DNA of 63,999 nucleotides, the filler included, from Stramenopiles sp. TOSAG23-2 (taxonomy: Eukaryota): assembly GCA_900128395.1 (NCBI GenBank). It is 6 parts of 6 records of this genome, joined end to end, with 100 filler letters (N's around TTAATTAATTAA, not from the genome) between each part and the next. Parts side by side here need not be neighbours in the genome. Positions count along the whole stretch, not along the records: positions 1 to 10,695 come from LT649997.1; positions 10,796 to 21,487 come from LT649998.1; 4 more parts are not named here. One strand, 5' to 3'. The translations under genes and the position numbers were made by a program. The first letter of the stretch is position 1. The number at the start of each line of letters is the position of its first letter. Below, piece after piece: positions 1 to 10,969 of this stretch. The notes under the pieces are model-generated. The model was not told the origin of the DNA. It was given only the letters and a program-made list of their open reading frames with translations, and did not search any database.

Positions 1-190
1 ATCCTCTGCTGTGTGCCTGTATTAAGATGGTAATACTATGTCTATCGTATATTTATGGAAATCTCATTGATCCTGCTGTGTGCCTGTATTAAAAATGGTA
101 GTTCTATGTCTATCGTATATTTATGGAAATCTCATTGATCCTGCTGTGTGCCTGTATTAAAAATGGTAGTTCTATGTCTATCGTATATTT
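1..190. repeat. Tandem repeat, ~68-69 bp unit, ~2.7 copies; related copies at 6435-6562
   Basis: Unit ATCCTGCTGTGTGCCTGTATTAAAAATGGTAGTTCTATGTCTATCGTATATTTATGGAAATCTCATTG recurs at 1, 70 and 138. Confidence 0.95.
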
Positions 191-527
191 ATCTCGAAAT
201 AGCTAGCATACAAATAGCCTTAGTTAAAAAATGGAAAGCATTTATATCCAACATTTTTCCATCTTTCTAATGCTATTACGGCCTACGGTTTAAAATATTT
301 ATCGCTCACAGCTACATGTTGCATATTAATATTATGGGGCAAAACCCTTAAAAAACAACTTCGGCGCCAGTCGTCTACCATAAGTATTCTTATCTATTTA
401 TGTTCCTGCCATCAAAGAGCCGCATCAAATAGCATTGGTATAGCAGTGAGTTCAACTTAAGTATAAATACGCATAGAGCGAGATATCAAATTTTACCATG
501 CTGTGTCCATTTAGATAATGTTAAAGT

Positions 528-692
528 TTTCCCAACTAACCCGCAGCCCTTAACCAACCTTAAATTGTTAGAGCATAATAGCATTAGTGGCCAAAATTAT
601 GTTTTATTACAAGGGAATTACGCTTTGATTGACGTTCAAACGTATTACCTATGTTGGGAAGGTTGGTTAAGGGCTGCGGGTTAGTTGGGAAA
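528..692. mobile_element. MITE-like inverted repeat, perfect 34-bp arms with 97-bp spacer
   Basis: 528-561 TTTCCCAACTAACCCGCAGCCCTTAACCAACCTT is the exact reverse complement of 659-692; no clear target-site duplication. Confidence 0.6.
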
Positions 693-899
693 CCCATTAC
701 CTAGAAGCAATATCATATGTTCTTATACCGACATAAGTGCATAAGACTATGCAACTGACAAAAACATTGTGATAAAACATAATATTGTTGTGATAAAATA
801 CATAATATTCATCATATTTATTTACTGAGAATCAGTTCTAATCCGTTATTACAGTAAGTGCAGTCAGCGGCCAACAATTATAAAATAAATTGAAAGACA

Positions 900-3236
900 A
901 TGAAAAAATCGACCACCGGCACAGGTGTTGAGGTGACAGATAAAGAAGAAGAAGAGGATCAAAGAAAGTCGAAGCAAGGAATCTCTGTATCTGCAGATAT
1001 CATTGACGCTAATAATAGTGTGATGCAACTAGAAGCAAATCCAATGGATATTGTCAAAACTGAGTCTCATACTCTCACACGTAAGGCGTCTAGACATACA
1101 ATGCAAGTCGCTAATTCAGTCATCAATAATTTATCGTATAAAAAACATGTACGTTTAGGTGGATTTACAATATTATTTATGTTATTATTGATAGCAATAG
1201 GTCATTTCGTCGTTTTTTCAATATATGCAAACGTTCCAAATACATATAGTTTTCAAGCTGTAAACAAGAGATGGATATGGATATTTGCTGTTTTTTCTTG
1301 CTTGTACCTTTTACGTCTTGTTCATGTAATAAAAACATGGAAAAGGAGGGCCAAAAATTGCATTAATGACATGTACGAATTAAATCAAAACAATTTATCG
1401 AAACCAGACGTTAATAATGAAGACGGTCTAAATCAAGAAGAAGAAGAAGAAGATCAAAGAAAGTCGAAGCAAGGAATCTCTGTATCTGCAGATATCATTG
1501 ATGCTAATAATAGTGTGATGCAACTGGAAGCAAATCCAATGAATAATGTCAAAACTGAGTCTCATATTCTCACACGTAAGGCGTCTAGTCATACGATGCA
1601 AGTCGCTAATTCAGCCATCAATAAAATATCCCATAGACGGAAGTCGTTTGTCTCTAAAGTCAGATCTGCTGCAGAAAAAGTGGAAAAATATTACGATCAG
1701 AATTTTGATATAAACGGCAAATATTACTTTTACATTTTATATGGAGGCGAATTTGCTGAAAGTTGGATACAACTCAGCAATTTAATTTTTGTTTACTCTT
1801 GTACGTTACCAATTGGCTGGAGCATAATGCTTGCAATTCTATTAATTGCAGAATCCTCATATCGTGCAAAACTCATGTATGTAAAACTGTGGGGCTCAGA
1901 GACAAAGATCAATTTTAAGGAGCGCAATTTTCAAATTGTTTTAGATGTCACAATTGATTTATTTTTCTTATTTGTCCCATTAGCCATTTTGAGATTTGGA
2001 TTTAACCTTTCAATAGCAGTTGGGGAAATTTTACTTATTGTTTTGGTGCCGTCTATGACCTTGTTTATTAAGCTGCCAAGCATAGTTGAACAAATAGTTT
2101 TGAACTATGTAATTGAAGATATTTCATTACAACAAAATGATATATCAAGATCATTCAAAAGAAAACGGAAATCAATTTTTGGTGCTTCACGTAATGAAAA
2201 CGTTGTTGAAATACAAAATCAGAAGTTTCCCTATTTAGCAAAAATAATGGTTTTTGTCTTAAGTCTCGTATTTGCGATAGGGTTAAGTGGACTTACCATT
2301 CTACAAGTAGCAAACTTATCGGCTCAAGACTTGTGCAAAATTAAATTCGGTAATAATGATATTTGGGAAAATGGATGTATTCTTAAAATTCCATATTGCA
2401 AAAGAATATTTTATCCAAAGTGTAATTGCGCTTCGTTGTATATTGAACATGATAAAACATTAATAACATTACCAGAAACCTTAGTTTACGAGATGGATGG
2501 TTTACGTTCATTTATAGTAAAAGATTGTAACTTAACCAAGCTACCAAAGAACATGGAGAATCTTTTAGAAATGGTGCATTTTGATGTTTCATTTAATAAC
2601 TTGGTGGAATTCCATGTCGATGTTAGTAAATGGGATAAATTGATTAGTTTGTGGTTAATGTATAACAAGATTACTAATTATAATAAAAAAGCTGTATGGA
2701 CTCATAAAAATCTTGTTAACCTTGCACTAAATAATAATCTGGGTATGAAGATATCGCATGATATTAAAATGCCTCTGTTACAGTTTCTTTGGCTTTCAAA
2801 CAATAGTATGAGTATTGGTTCAGATATTTTCAATACGAACAATTTCCCTAGTTTATTTTATTTGTATGTAGGCGGGAACACTTTAAAGGAATTTCCAGAT
2901 AAATCGTTGAGGAAAATGCTGTTGTATTTAGGTGTTTCTAGATGCAATTTAACTACGTTTCCGTTGTATATGTCTGACTTTACCAACTTGCGATATATTG
3001 ATGCAAGAAATAACAATATTTCTGTCGTCGATGAAAAATTCAAATTGTTGGTGAAAGCAAACAATATGAAAGCGTATTTTTCTGGAAATCTTGCTTGTAA
3101 GTTGGACAAAGAATTAGATTGTCAACCATTATGCAGTGAATACTGTTGGAGCAGAGACAGTGAAAAAAATGATTTTTGCGATACGAGTTGCAATTCCAAA
3201 AGTTGTGACTTTGATGGCGGCCAGTGTTCAGCTTAA
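900..3236 (+). CDS. Multi-pass membrane protein with C-terminal leucine-rich repeats and LNR (Lin-12/Notch)-like Cys module
   Basis: 778-aa ORF with about 7 hydrophobic segments, LRR consensus (NLTKLPKNMENLLEMVHFDVSFNNL; NLRYIDARNNNI) and terminal NDFCDTSCNSKSCDFDGGQC. Confidence 0.85.
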   Translation: MKKSTTGTGVEVTDKEEEEDQRKSKQGISVSADIIDANNSVMQLEANPMDIVKTESHTLTRKASRHTMQVANSVINNLSYKKHVRLGGFTILFMLLLIAIGHFVVFSIYANVPNTYSFQAVNKRWIWIFAVFSCLYLLRLVHVIKTWKRRAKNCINDMYELNQNNLSKPDVNNEDGLNQEEEEEDQRKSKQGISVSADIIDANNSVMQLEANPMNNVKTESHILTRKASSHTMQVANSAINKISHRRKSFVSKVRSAAEKVEKYYDQNFDINGKYYFYILYGGEFAESWIQLSNLIFVYSCTLPIGWSIMLAILLIAESSYRAKLMYVKLWGSETKINFKERNFQIVLDVTIDLFFLFVPLAILRFGFNLSIAVGEILLIVLVPSMTLFIKLPSIVEQIVLNYVIEDISLQQNDISRSFKRKRKSIFGASRNENVVEIQNQKFPYLAKIMVFVLSLVFAIGLSGLTILQVANLSAQDLCKIKFGNNDIWENGCILKIPYCKRIFYPKCNCASLYIEHDKTLITLPETLVYEMDGLRSFIVKDCNLTKLPKNMENLLEMVHFDVSFNNLVEFHVDVSKWDKLISLWLMYNKITNYNKKAVWTHKNLVNLALNNNLGMKISHDIKMPLLQFLWLSNNSMSIGSDIFNTNNFPSLFYLYVGGNTLKEFPDKSLRKMLLYLGVSRCNLTTFPLYMSDFTNLRYIDARNNNISVVDEKFKLLVKANNMKAYFSGNLACKLDKELDCQPLCSEYCWSRDSEKNDFCDTSCNSKSCDFDGGQCSA

Positions 3237-3489
3237 TATTTACTTCGTACGAAAGTACGAGAGTATAATTATAAAATACGCGTATATTTTAATTTTTTAT
3301 TTTCTACCCATGACAATTCCTACTCTCAAAAGAATAATAGTGTTTGAGCCAATATTAATATTAAAGTCATATTTTAAAATAAATATTAAAGCCATATTAT
3401 TTAAAAGCCATAAATAATTTTTTACTTCCCGTGGCGAATACTATGCTCTCAATACTCTAACCGATCCTACTATCATATAATGAAGCTGA

Positions 3490-5841
3490 TCAACAACAAT
3501 TTCCCCCCCAGTGCAATAACCTCCTTCTTCTTCGTCTCTCTGTGTCATCTTCTTCCGCCCCATCTCTTGGAATCCCCCCATTAACACTTGCCTCCAATGC
3601 TTTTTCAGTTTTACCATTCTGCATTTTCTGCAAATTGTATTTTATTAGGCCTTCCTCCTTATCATTTTCAAGACTTAAAACATACGACCCTTCTTCGTGC
3701 TCAATTTCATACGTAACTTTTACGAAATTTGCATTCTTTTTAGAAAGTGCATGTAAACAAGTACACATACTATTTTTTTTGTGACAGGAGAATTTATGAC
3801 AATCAAAACTGAATACATACCCTGATTTATCGTGATGTTGCGTGAAGGCTAGTTGTTCATCTAATCCACATAATTTTCTACGAGTATCTCCTTCGACGTT
3901 TTCAAGTTCTTTGCCATTTTCATCAAAAACTTTTACTGTAATTTTTTTACGGTCTAACTCTTGAACATTATCATCCACAAAAATAAATGCATTTGGTCCT
4001 GCTTTTATGTATTTTGTACTACTCATAACAGGTTTGTAAAAAGCATTCTGTTTAATATCATATAGTTTTTCGTGTTTTTCACTTAACGCAACTAATTCAT
4101 TATAGGCAACCTTATTCCCTTCATATTCGGATTTAGCATCCTTTAAAAGAAAGGATGCTAAATCCGATTCCTTTTGTAGTTCTTCGCGGTTTTCTTTCAA
4201 AGTCTCAAGGGTTGCTAGCCCCTTTTTTTGTTCCTCTTTATTTTTTTCGTCTTCCTCAGTTTGCCTCTTCATTAGCTTCCGAATAGAGGCATTTTTCTCC
4301 TTTAGTATTTTTTCCTTGTTGTCAAATTTCGTCTTTTTTGCAACGTTTGCACTATTACATTCATTTAAGCTCATTTCAATGTTAGACTTTTCTGATTGCA
4401 GTAATTTCATATTCTTAATATGTTCCTTGTAGTTCTTCACTTTTTTATCATCTAACTTTTCTTTCTTTTTTACTATTTTCACCAAGTCATCTTCATAATT
4501 TTTGATTTGTTTTTTAAAATCTTGCAACGAATTTGACTTTTGTGCTCTTAATTCTTTTACGTTCGTCAAGCTGGTATTTAGATTTTTGTTTGCACCTATT
4601 AATTGATTTAATAGGTCCTCATGAAACCTATATTGTTCAGATTTCAAAGTCTGTAGCGTTTTGATGTAGTAGTCTAATCGAAGCAAAATGTCTCTAATAT
4701 TTATAATATTACGACTATTAAACTCTTTAGTCATCTCGTAAAAGTTATTATCTTGTAAAAATCGCTCATTTTCAAATGTTTGCATTATTTTGCACAATTT
4801 ATCGCAACCAGCCTTCGAAGATGTTAACTCTAAAAAAGCAACTCCTTCTTTTTCGGTAGTCACTTTTCGTGATGTTACTTGCTCCGTTGATGATGCCACT
4901 TGCTCTTGCAATTTTTCAACTAGTTCTGCACATTTCTTGCTTTCTTTCCTTATTTCTTTTTCTTGGGTCTTTATTTTCGCTATTTTGCTCTTCACCTCTT
5001 TCTCCTGAGTCATTGCTTTATCTAATTTTTTTTTAATCTCTTCCATTTCTTTTTTATGTGCCATTTCAGCATTTTTGAGTTTAGTTTCTTGTTCTTCAAT
5101 AAACATATTGAAATTACTAATTCTTTTAGTCAAATCTTTCAGTTGGCGTTCTTTGATTTTCCCCAATTTCCTACAGCTTTCAAGTTTCCCTTCCTTTTCT
5201 TTTAAGTTCTTTTTCAAATCTTCTAGGTCTTTCATCTCGGTAGCATCAAATGATTTAATAGTATTTATAAATGTAGTAGTTTTCTCTATTGATTTTAAAA
5301 TACGATTAAGATTTTTTTCTTCTGACTCAGTCTGGAAAATATCTGCTGTAAGTTGTTGTTTTTCGCGTTTTAGTTGATTTTCTAACAACTTGTTTTTATT
5401 GTCCTTTTGTTTTTCAATAATCTCATGTTGTTTATATGATTCCATATATGAATTTGCCAAATTAGATTTTTTTTTCTTCAAAGAGTTTGCTGCCTCAATT
5501 AGTTTTTCAAACATAGTTTGACCAAGGGAAAGATCACGTAGTACTCCTTTGATTGCAAAAGAACAAAACTTCGAATTTTCTTCTTCCTTATCAACCGGTG
5601 TCCACTGTCCGATCTGACGCGAACAACACTTGTACTTATGTTTGCGGTTTTCTTTGTTCAATTTCGTATTTCCAAGATCTTCATTATGTTGTTGTTTTTG
5701 CTCTCCACAGCATCCGACGGCATTAATATCTGTTCCTCTGCACTCAGCTAGAAGAACAGGAGTCTTTAAAGGAGCACTTTTTGTTTCGCACAGTATTAGC
5801 AGTAAGAATAACAACTTGTAAAGGAAACAAAGATTCGACAT
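3490..5841 (-). CDS. Secreted coiled-coil protein with Cys-rich termini, unknown function
   Basis: 783-aa ORF; signal-peptide-like N-terminus (LLFLLLILCETKSA), long K/E heptads, C-terminus RRRRRRLLHWGGNCC. Confidence 0.8.
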   Translation of the reverse strand: MSNLCFLYKLLFLLLILCETKSAPLKTPVLLAECRGTDINAVGCCGEQKQQHNEDLGNTKLNKENRKHKYKCCSRQIGQWTPVDKEEENSKFCSFAIKGVLRDLSLGQTMFEKLIEAANSLKKKKSNLANSYMESYKQHEIIEKQKDNKNKLLENQLKREKQQLTADIFQTESEEKNLNRILKSIEKTTTFINTIKSFDATEMKDLEDLKKNLKEKEGKLESCRKLGKIKERQLKDLTKRISNFNMFIEEQETKLKNAEMAHKKEMEEIKKKLDKAMTQEKEVKSKIAKIKTQEKEIRKESKKCAELVEKLQEQVASSTEQVTSRKVTTEKEGVAFLELTSSKAGCDKLCKIMQTFENERFLQDNNFYEMTKEFNSRNIINIRDILLRLDYYIKTLQTLKSEQYRFHEDLLNQLIGANKNLNTSLTNVKELRAQKSNSLQDFKKQIKNYEDDLVKIVKKKEKLDDKKVKNYKEHIKNMKLLQSEKSNIEMSLNECNSANVAKKTKFDNKEKILKEKNASIRKLMKRQTEEDEKNKEEQKKGLATLETLKENREELQKESDLASFLLKDAKSEYEGNKVAYNELVALSEKHEKLYDIKQNAFYKPVMSSTKYIKAGPNAFIFVDDNVQELDRKKITVKVFDENGKELENVEGDTRRKLCGLDEQLAFTQHHDKSGYVFSFDCHKFSCHKKNSMCTCLHALSKKNANFVKVTYEIEHEEGSYVLSLENDKEEGLIKYNLQKMQNGKTEKALEASVNGGIPRDGAEEDDTERRRRRRLLHWGGNCC

Positions 5842-6434
5842 TGATCTATATCTTGGTTCTTGTTACTATGGCTGAAAGTGTGCAATACTTCGAATAAGAG
5901 TGGTATTATATGTCAATAAGCGAATCGCGATACAATACAAACAGTAAGATGCGATGTACGTGAATGAGGTATTGAACAATAGTGGTTTATGTGTCAATAT
6001 CATATATTAAATAGCAGACTATCTACTATCTACATATATTATTATATGTTTCCAATTTCCCAAATCCCAAACTCAATTTGGGCACCAGCCTTTTATTTTC
6101 CCCCTCTTTTGTTGTTGTTTCGACACCTCATTTTTTCGCTTTGCTATATGCCCTTGTAAAATTATCTGGAATCAATAGTACGATATTTTCATAATGTATA
6201 TATAGATATTACTGTATATCAATTTACAATGTTAGATTTAGGATTTAGATTACCTGAAGATTTTTAGATTTTTAGCCTGCTTTTAATAGATTTAAGGCAA
6301 GTTACGAAGAAACCTATCAAAAATAATTTTAAGTGTCGAAATATCAATCATAAATTAGCAGATACGTACCATTGGTCATGAACATAGCACGCGATTGAGA
6401 ATCCATGCTAAAATAATCAGTCACAGCCTATAAA

Positions 6435-6562
6435 CTGCTGTGTGCCTGTATTAAGATGACAATGCTATGTCTATCGTATATTTGATAATGCTGTGTGCAT
6501 ATATTAAGATGGTAATGCTATGTCTATCGTATATTTATGGAAATCTCATTGATCCTACTGTG
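6435..6562. repeat. Degenerate copies of the 68-bp tandem unit seen at 1-190
   Basis: CTGCTGTGTGCCTGTATTAAGATG...CTATGTCTATCGTATATTT twice, then GGAAATCTCATTGATCCT. Confidence 0.9.
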
Positions 6563-6573
6563 TACGTTAATAT

Positions 6574-7328
6574 CTCTCGAAACATCTCGGGCCATTTCGC
6601 CTATGAAAGTTAAGTCTAACTTTCTGTAGTCTTATCTTTACTATAGACATAGCAAAGAAAAGACAGCCGAAGGCCCTCGAATGAAACTCAGAATTTGGTT
6701 GACAGGTCCAGGAGGCCAAAAAATATCATACAATACTATTACCATGCTATTTGAAAATGGTACATCTACACATACATTTGTATAAAAAATGTATTTGAAC
6801 AATATTTATATCAATACAACGAATCAAATATCATATTTACACACCTATCAATATGTTTTAGAATGTTTTAATGTTTGAATTGTATATAGCACCTTCTTTG
6901 TAAAGCTAAAAGTAGCATACGCAATATACGTGATATATGATGCTATTCTGATCCTAATATCATAGTGCTATTTAGTTGCTAATTTGATTGTCAAAGCGAG
7001 TCATGTTTAATAAATATGTATATAAATTAAAACAAAATAATGATTCAAGGATGTTTGCATGTATGTAAATATGATATTTGATTCGTTGTATTGATATAAA
7101 TATTGTTCAAATACATTTTTTATACAAATGTATGTGTAGATGTACCATTTTCAAATAGCATGGTAATAGTATTGTATGATATTTTTTGGCCTCCAGGACC
7201 TGTCAACCAAATTCTGAGTTTCATTCGAGGGCTGTGACCAGCCTTCACCAAATTTTATATTTGTTAGTAGTGCTGTTCTTATACTAACAAGTATAAGAAA
7301 GTGGGAACAGTCCGAGATGTTTCGAGAG
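6574..7328. mobile_element. Foldback-like element with nested inverted repeats
   Basis: 169-bp arms 6673-6841 and 7064-7232 (one mismatch seen) plus outer perfect 17-bp arms 6574-6590 and 7312-7328. Confidence 0.7.
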
Positions 7329-8449
7329 TCGAGTACCCAGAGTACAGTGTGAAAGTATCTTGTCAAGTGTTTCGGAGGAAAATGGATAATGCTTCTATTA
7401 CTTATAAATTAATGGACAAATTATAGTTGTTTACTATGGAAAGAATAAATACCTTATCTGTTTATAAATTTTATATTTGTTTCTAAGAAACAGGTAATAA
7501 GTAATAAGGTTTTCGATCACCTAAAAAATTTGTTTCAATGCAGTTTAAAGTACGTTTGGTTGTTACTCACTACTCACTCATATTATTAACGAAATTGATA
7601 GGTATTTTTTGAATTTTAAGTATTCTTTTTAGTATTGTTCGATATGAGTAGTTCCTTTGATAATTAGTAATAATAATAAATAATCTAAATTTTATTATAA
7701 TTATCATTATATCTATATCTATATTATTTTTTGTGCATTCCAGCATTGCTATTGCACCAATTCAAATTACTACTGTATAATTGTTAATATTGAGTAGGTG
7801 TTTGCTTTATATCATTTCATTTAAGCTTATTGTAGTGTATCATTAATTACTTCGTGTTGACTGCATTATCCACTATACTACTAACCTGCTACTATCACTA
7901 TGTATATTATTATCTCAATTATAATAATAAATACATATCTATAAATGAAATAAATGATAAATAATAATAATGGATACGAGTTTTTAAAATATATTTACTT
8001 AGTAGTAAGGGTAGTATAGTAGTAGTAGTAGTAGTAGTAGTACTACCTCCTGCCGCTCAAAACGCGTCTATGAAAACTGATGGATACATGTAACACAACA
8101 ATAATAGCAAGAACAAAAAATTCATATTTGAGAGTCGGAATATTATTAGATACATACAAAAATAAGTAAACATCCACACTTCTGAAATCAAATTATGGAT
8201 ATTGAACAGTAAAAATGAATAAACAATAAATATACCACTTTCCAACTTTCGGTTTCCATACTACTATGTATACTAATAATGCATTCACCTATGTAAAACA
8301 TATGTTCCGTATATAATGCGGAATAAATAAACAACATGTTTCTACTCATGTACAATATAAACGCAAAACCATTGAAATATGCCAAATAAAAGGCAGTATA
8401 ATCCATATATTTTGCATAAACAACAAACAATAAACCCTTTCGATTTACG

Positions 8450-8735
8450 TACTAATATGTATACTAATAACAAAATAACCTATCTAAAACATATGTTCCG
8501 TATATAATGCGGAATATAATCGGATAAAATATCAGTGCAACACCATTTGATTTCCATACTAATATGTATACTAATAACAAAATAACCTATCTAAAACATA
8601 TGTTCCGTATATAATGCGGAATATAATCGGATAAAATATCAGTGCAACACCATTTGATTTCCATACTAATATGTATACTAATAACAAAATAACCTATCTA
8701 AAACATATATTCCGTATATAATGCGGAATATAATC
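8450..8735. repeat. Tandem repeat, ~107-bp unit, ~2.7 copies; diverged partial copy at ~8258-8325
   Basis: TACTAATATGTATACTAATAACAAAATAACCTATCTAAAACATATGTTCCGTATATAATGCGGAAT recurs near 8450, 8557 and 8664. Confidence 0.95.
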
Positions 8736-9292
8736 ATATACAACAAACTGTTTCCCGATTGCTACAGGAAGCAAAAAATATAAACAGTGCTATTACCTGC
8801 TAACTGAAAAAAATAAGCGATTTTAAAAAAGAATCGGGAAACAGTTTGTTTCTCATATTTGTGTACTTGAACTCAAAAACAAGGGTATTGTTTGTAAACA
8901 CCTTAGCCTATATAAGAGCATGATAGTTTTACCAAATCCTTGGAAAATGTATTGGAATTGGGGTTGCCTTACTGTTTACCTGCTATTTTGATTCTATTAT
9001 GTTAAACATTAAAGAACGCACAGAAAGTTATTGTTAACTATAAATAGTTTTTATCTCTAATTAGACATATATGTCGCATCTAGGGTTACAATATAATATT
9101 TTATGGACTTTTATAAGTTTATTTATATGCATATGTTGCTGTGGTTCAATGTGCTGCTCTAGCAGACACTGATTTTGATATACAAGTTCGTGCAAAACGA
9201 CAAAGTTCATCAGATAAAAAACTAGGAATTAAATTTTCTATAGATGGTGAAAGTGGGGTCTCAGACTCTGTCGCATACTAAAAAATTTCCTA

Positions 9293-9487
9293 TTTGTGCA
9301 ACAAAAACATGTAATACCTGCCATTATTTTGTAATACCTATCCTGTTTTAGTATAATACAGGTCATATTTCAGCCATTTTTGTGCAACAATAATGTTGTG
9401 TAGAGCGTTGCATAATATGAGGTGTTTGTGCAACAATTTTCTGTAATACGAGGCGTTTGTGCAACAATTTTCTGTAATACCTGCCAA
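9293..9487. repeat. Short imperfect repeats of TTTGTGCAACAA / TGTAATACC (31-bp period in last two)
   Basis: Four TTTGTGCAACAA copies visible. Confidence 0.8.
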
Positions 9488-10695
9488 ATAAGCTAAAGTA
9501 TAATATTATAGTAGTGTCCAATGTAGAATATTACCTATATGTATCCAAAACCCAAAACCAGTAAAACCAATGTATTAAACATAAAATAGTAATATATATA
9601 TATACATATATAGGATACATAAAAGAGTGTTAAAAAAGACATTTATAACATTAATTTTTCATGAAATTTTTCGAATATTGTATTCGCTCCATAAACGGTC
9701 GCCAAAACGAATGGTATTAATATAACTTAGATGATTAGTCTTTAATTATGTCATACTTCATAGTCAAATTTTGACTTTTTTTGGTCAACATGCCAGTATT
9801 ATCACGGCCTAAATAGTGTAAACAGATGCGTATATTGCCGAAGAAAAGATTTTTGGGATCTTGCAGTAAAATTAACAAAAGAGGGGAATTTCTCCATGAC
9901 TGTATTAAGTAATATTGATGTTGTTTATGGGGTGGAGCAAGTGTTATCAAGATTATACGACGTATACGTAAGGATGCTAAAAGACATGTATTATGAAAGA
10001 TACCGATAAATTTGTAATTTATTACTATGATAAAGTATGTTTTTTAAATTTTCTATTTTTTTTTTTAATTTACTAAGTTAAATTTATTAATTGTCGAGTA
10101 CAATTTCTTCCTATATCTTCGTATTCTAGTCGCCGAAGGCGGCTTCGCCGTGTTGCACTCAGTGTTGCACAGCTGGTGGGTACTCATATAATACCTCGAT
10201 CCAAAATTAGAAAAATGGAACATCATCCAAAATTAGATTAAGATCCACAGAGATTTTTTAAGATCCAACTGTGGCCAACATTGTGCACATTTCATTTTTT
10301 TAATTTGGACACAAAGGATTGAAAGAAGCTGCTGTGTCCTCCTTATATCTTTTTTTTCTGAATAATATAGAGCGTATTGCATTGCTATTTGTTCAACTAG
10401 AACATCATCAAAAAAAATAATAATTATCCAACACCAAAGCCGGTTTGAATTTATTTAAGGTATTAGAAAATAATTACAAATTTACAAATATGTATACATT
10501 ATATTAACAATGTAAAATAGTATTTATCCATTCATTACGGTTTTGATTTCCTTAATAAATAAAATATTGGCGTTGTATTTTTACTAAAAATACAATAATA
10601 TATGAAGTTAGTAATAGATGCATGCACATTCTTTACTATATTTACTACAAAAATTAATAATCAGAAGAAAATGTAGGAGTATATAATCATAATAT

Positions 10696-10795
10696 NNNNN
10701 NNNNNNNNNNNNNNNNNNNNNNNNNNNNNNNNNNNNNNNTTAATTAATTAANNNNNNNNNNNNNNNNNNNNNNNNNNNNNNNNNNNNNNNNNNNN
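10696..10795. other. Artificial contig linker N44-TTAATTAATTAA-N44
   Basis: Identical 100-nt spacer with stops in all six frames, occurring five times. Confidence 0.99.
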
Positions 10796-10969
10796 AAAAG
10801 CTATAGAACAATATAAAAAAGATGGATCAAACGGGTATCAACAAGTGAAAGAGATGAGGATATGGACAGCATATTAATTAATATATATTTATATACTACC
10901 AACTACAATATCTCTATATATATATATATATTTTTATACACGATACTATTTACCTGCTATATTTTTTAT

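Noticed and set aside
1-190. CRISPR-like array
   Set aside because: Head-to-tail tandem repeat with no spacers
8258-8735. CRISPR-like array (repeated hairpin-containing units)
   Set aside because: Units are ~107 bp and the intervening sequence is itself repeated rather than unique spacers; no cas genes; eukaryotic context
10126-10150. Helitron 3' end (GC hairpin next to CTAG on the minus strand)
   Set aside because: Spacing and flanking base do not fit well; no 5' TC end or Rep-helicase identified
10740-10751. TTAATTAATTAA palindrome as a biological motif
   Set aside because: Six-frame-stop linker embedded in Ns, identical at five evenly spaced sites
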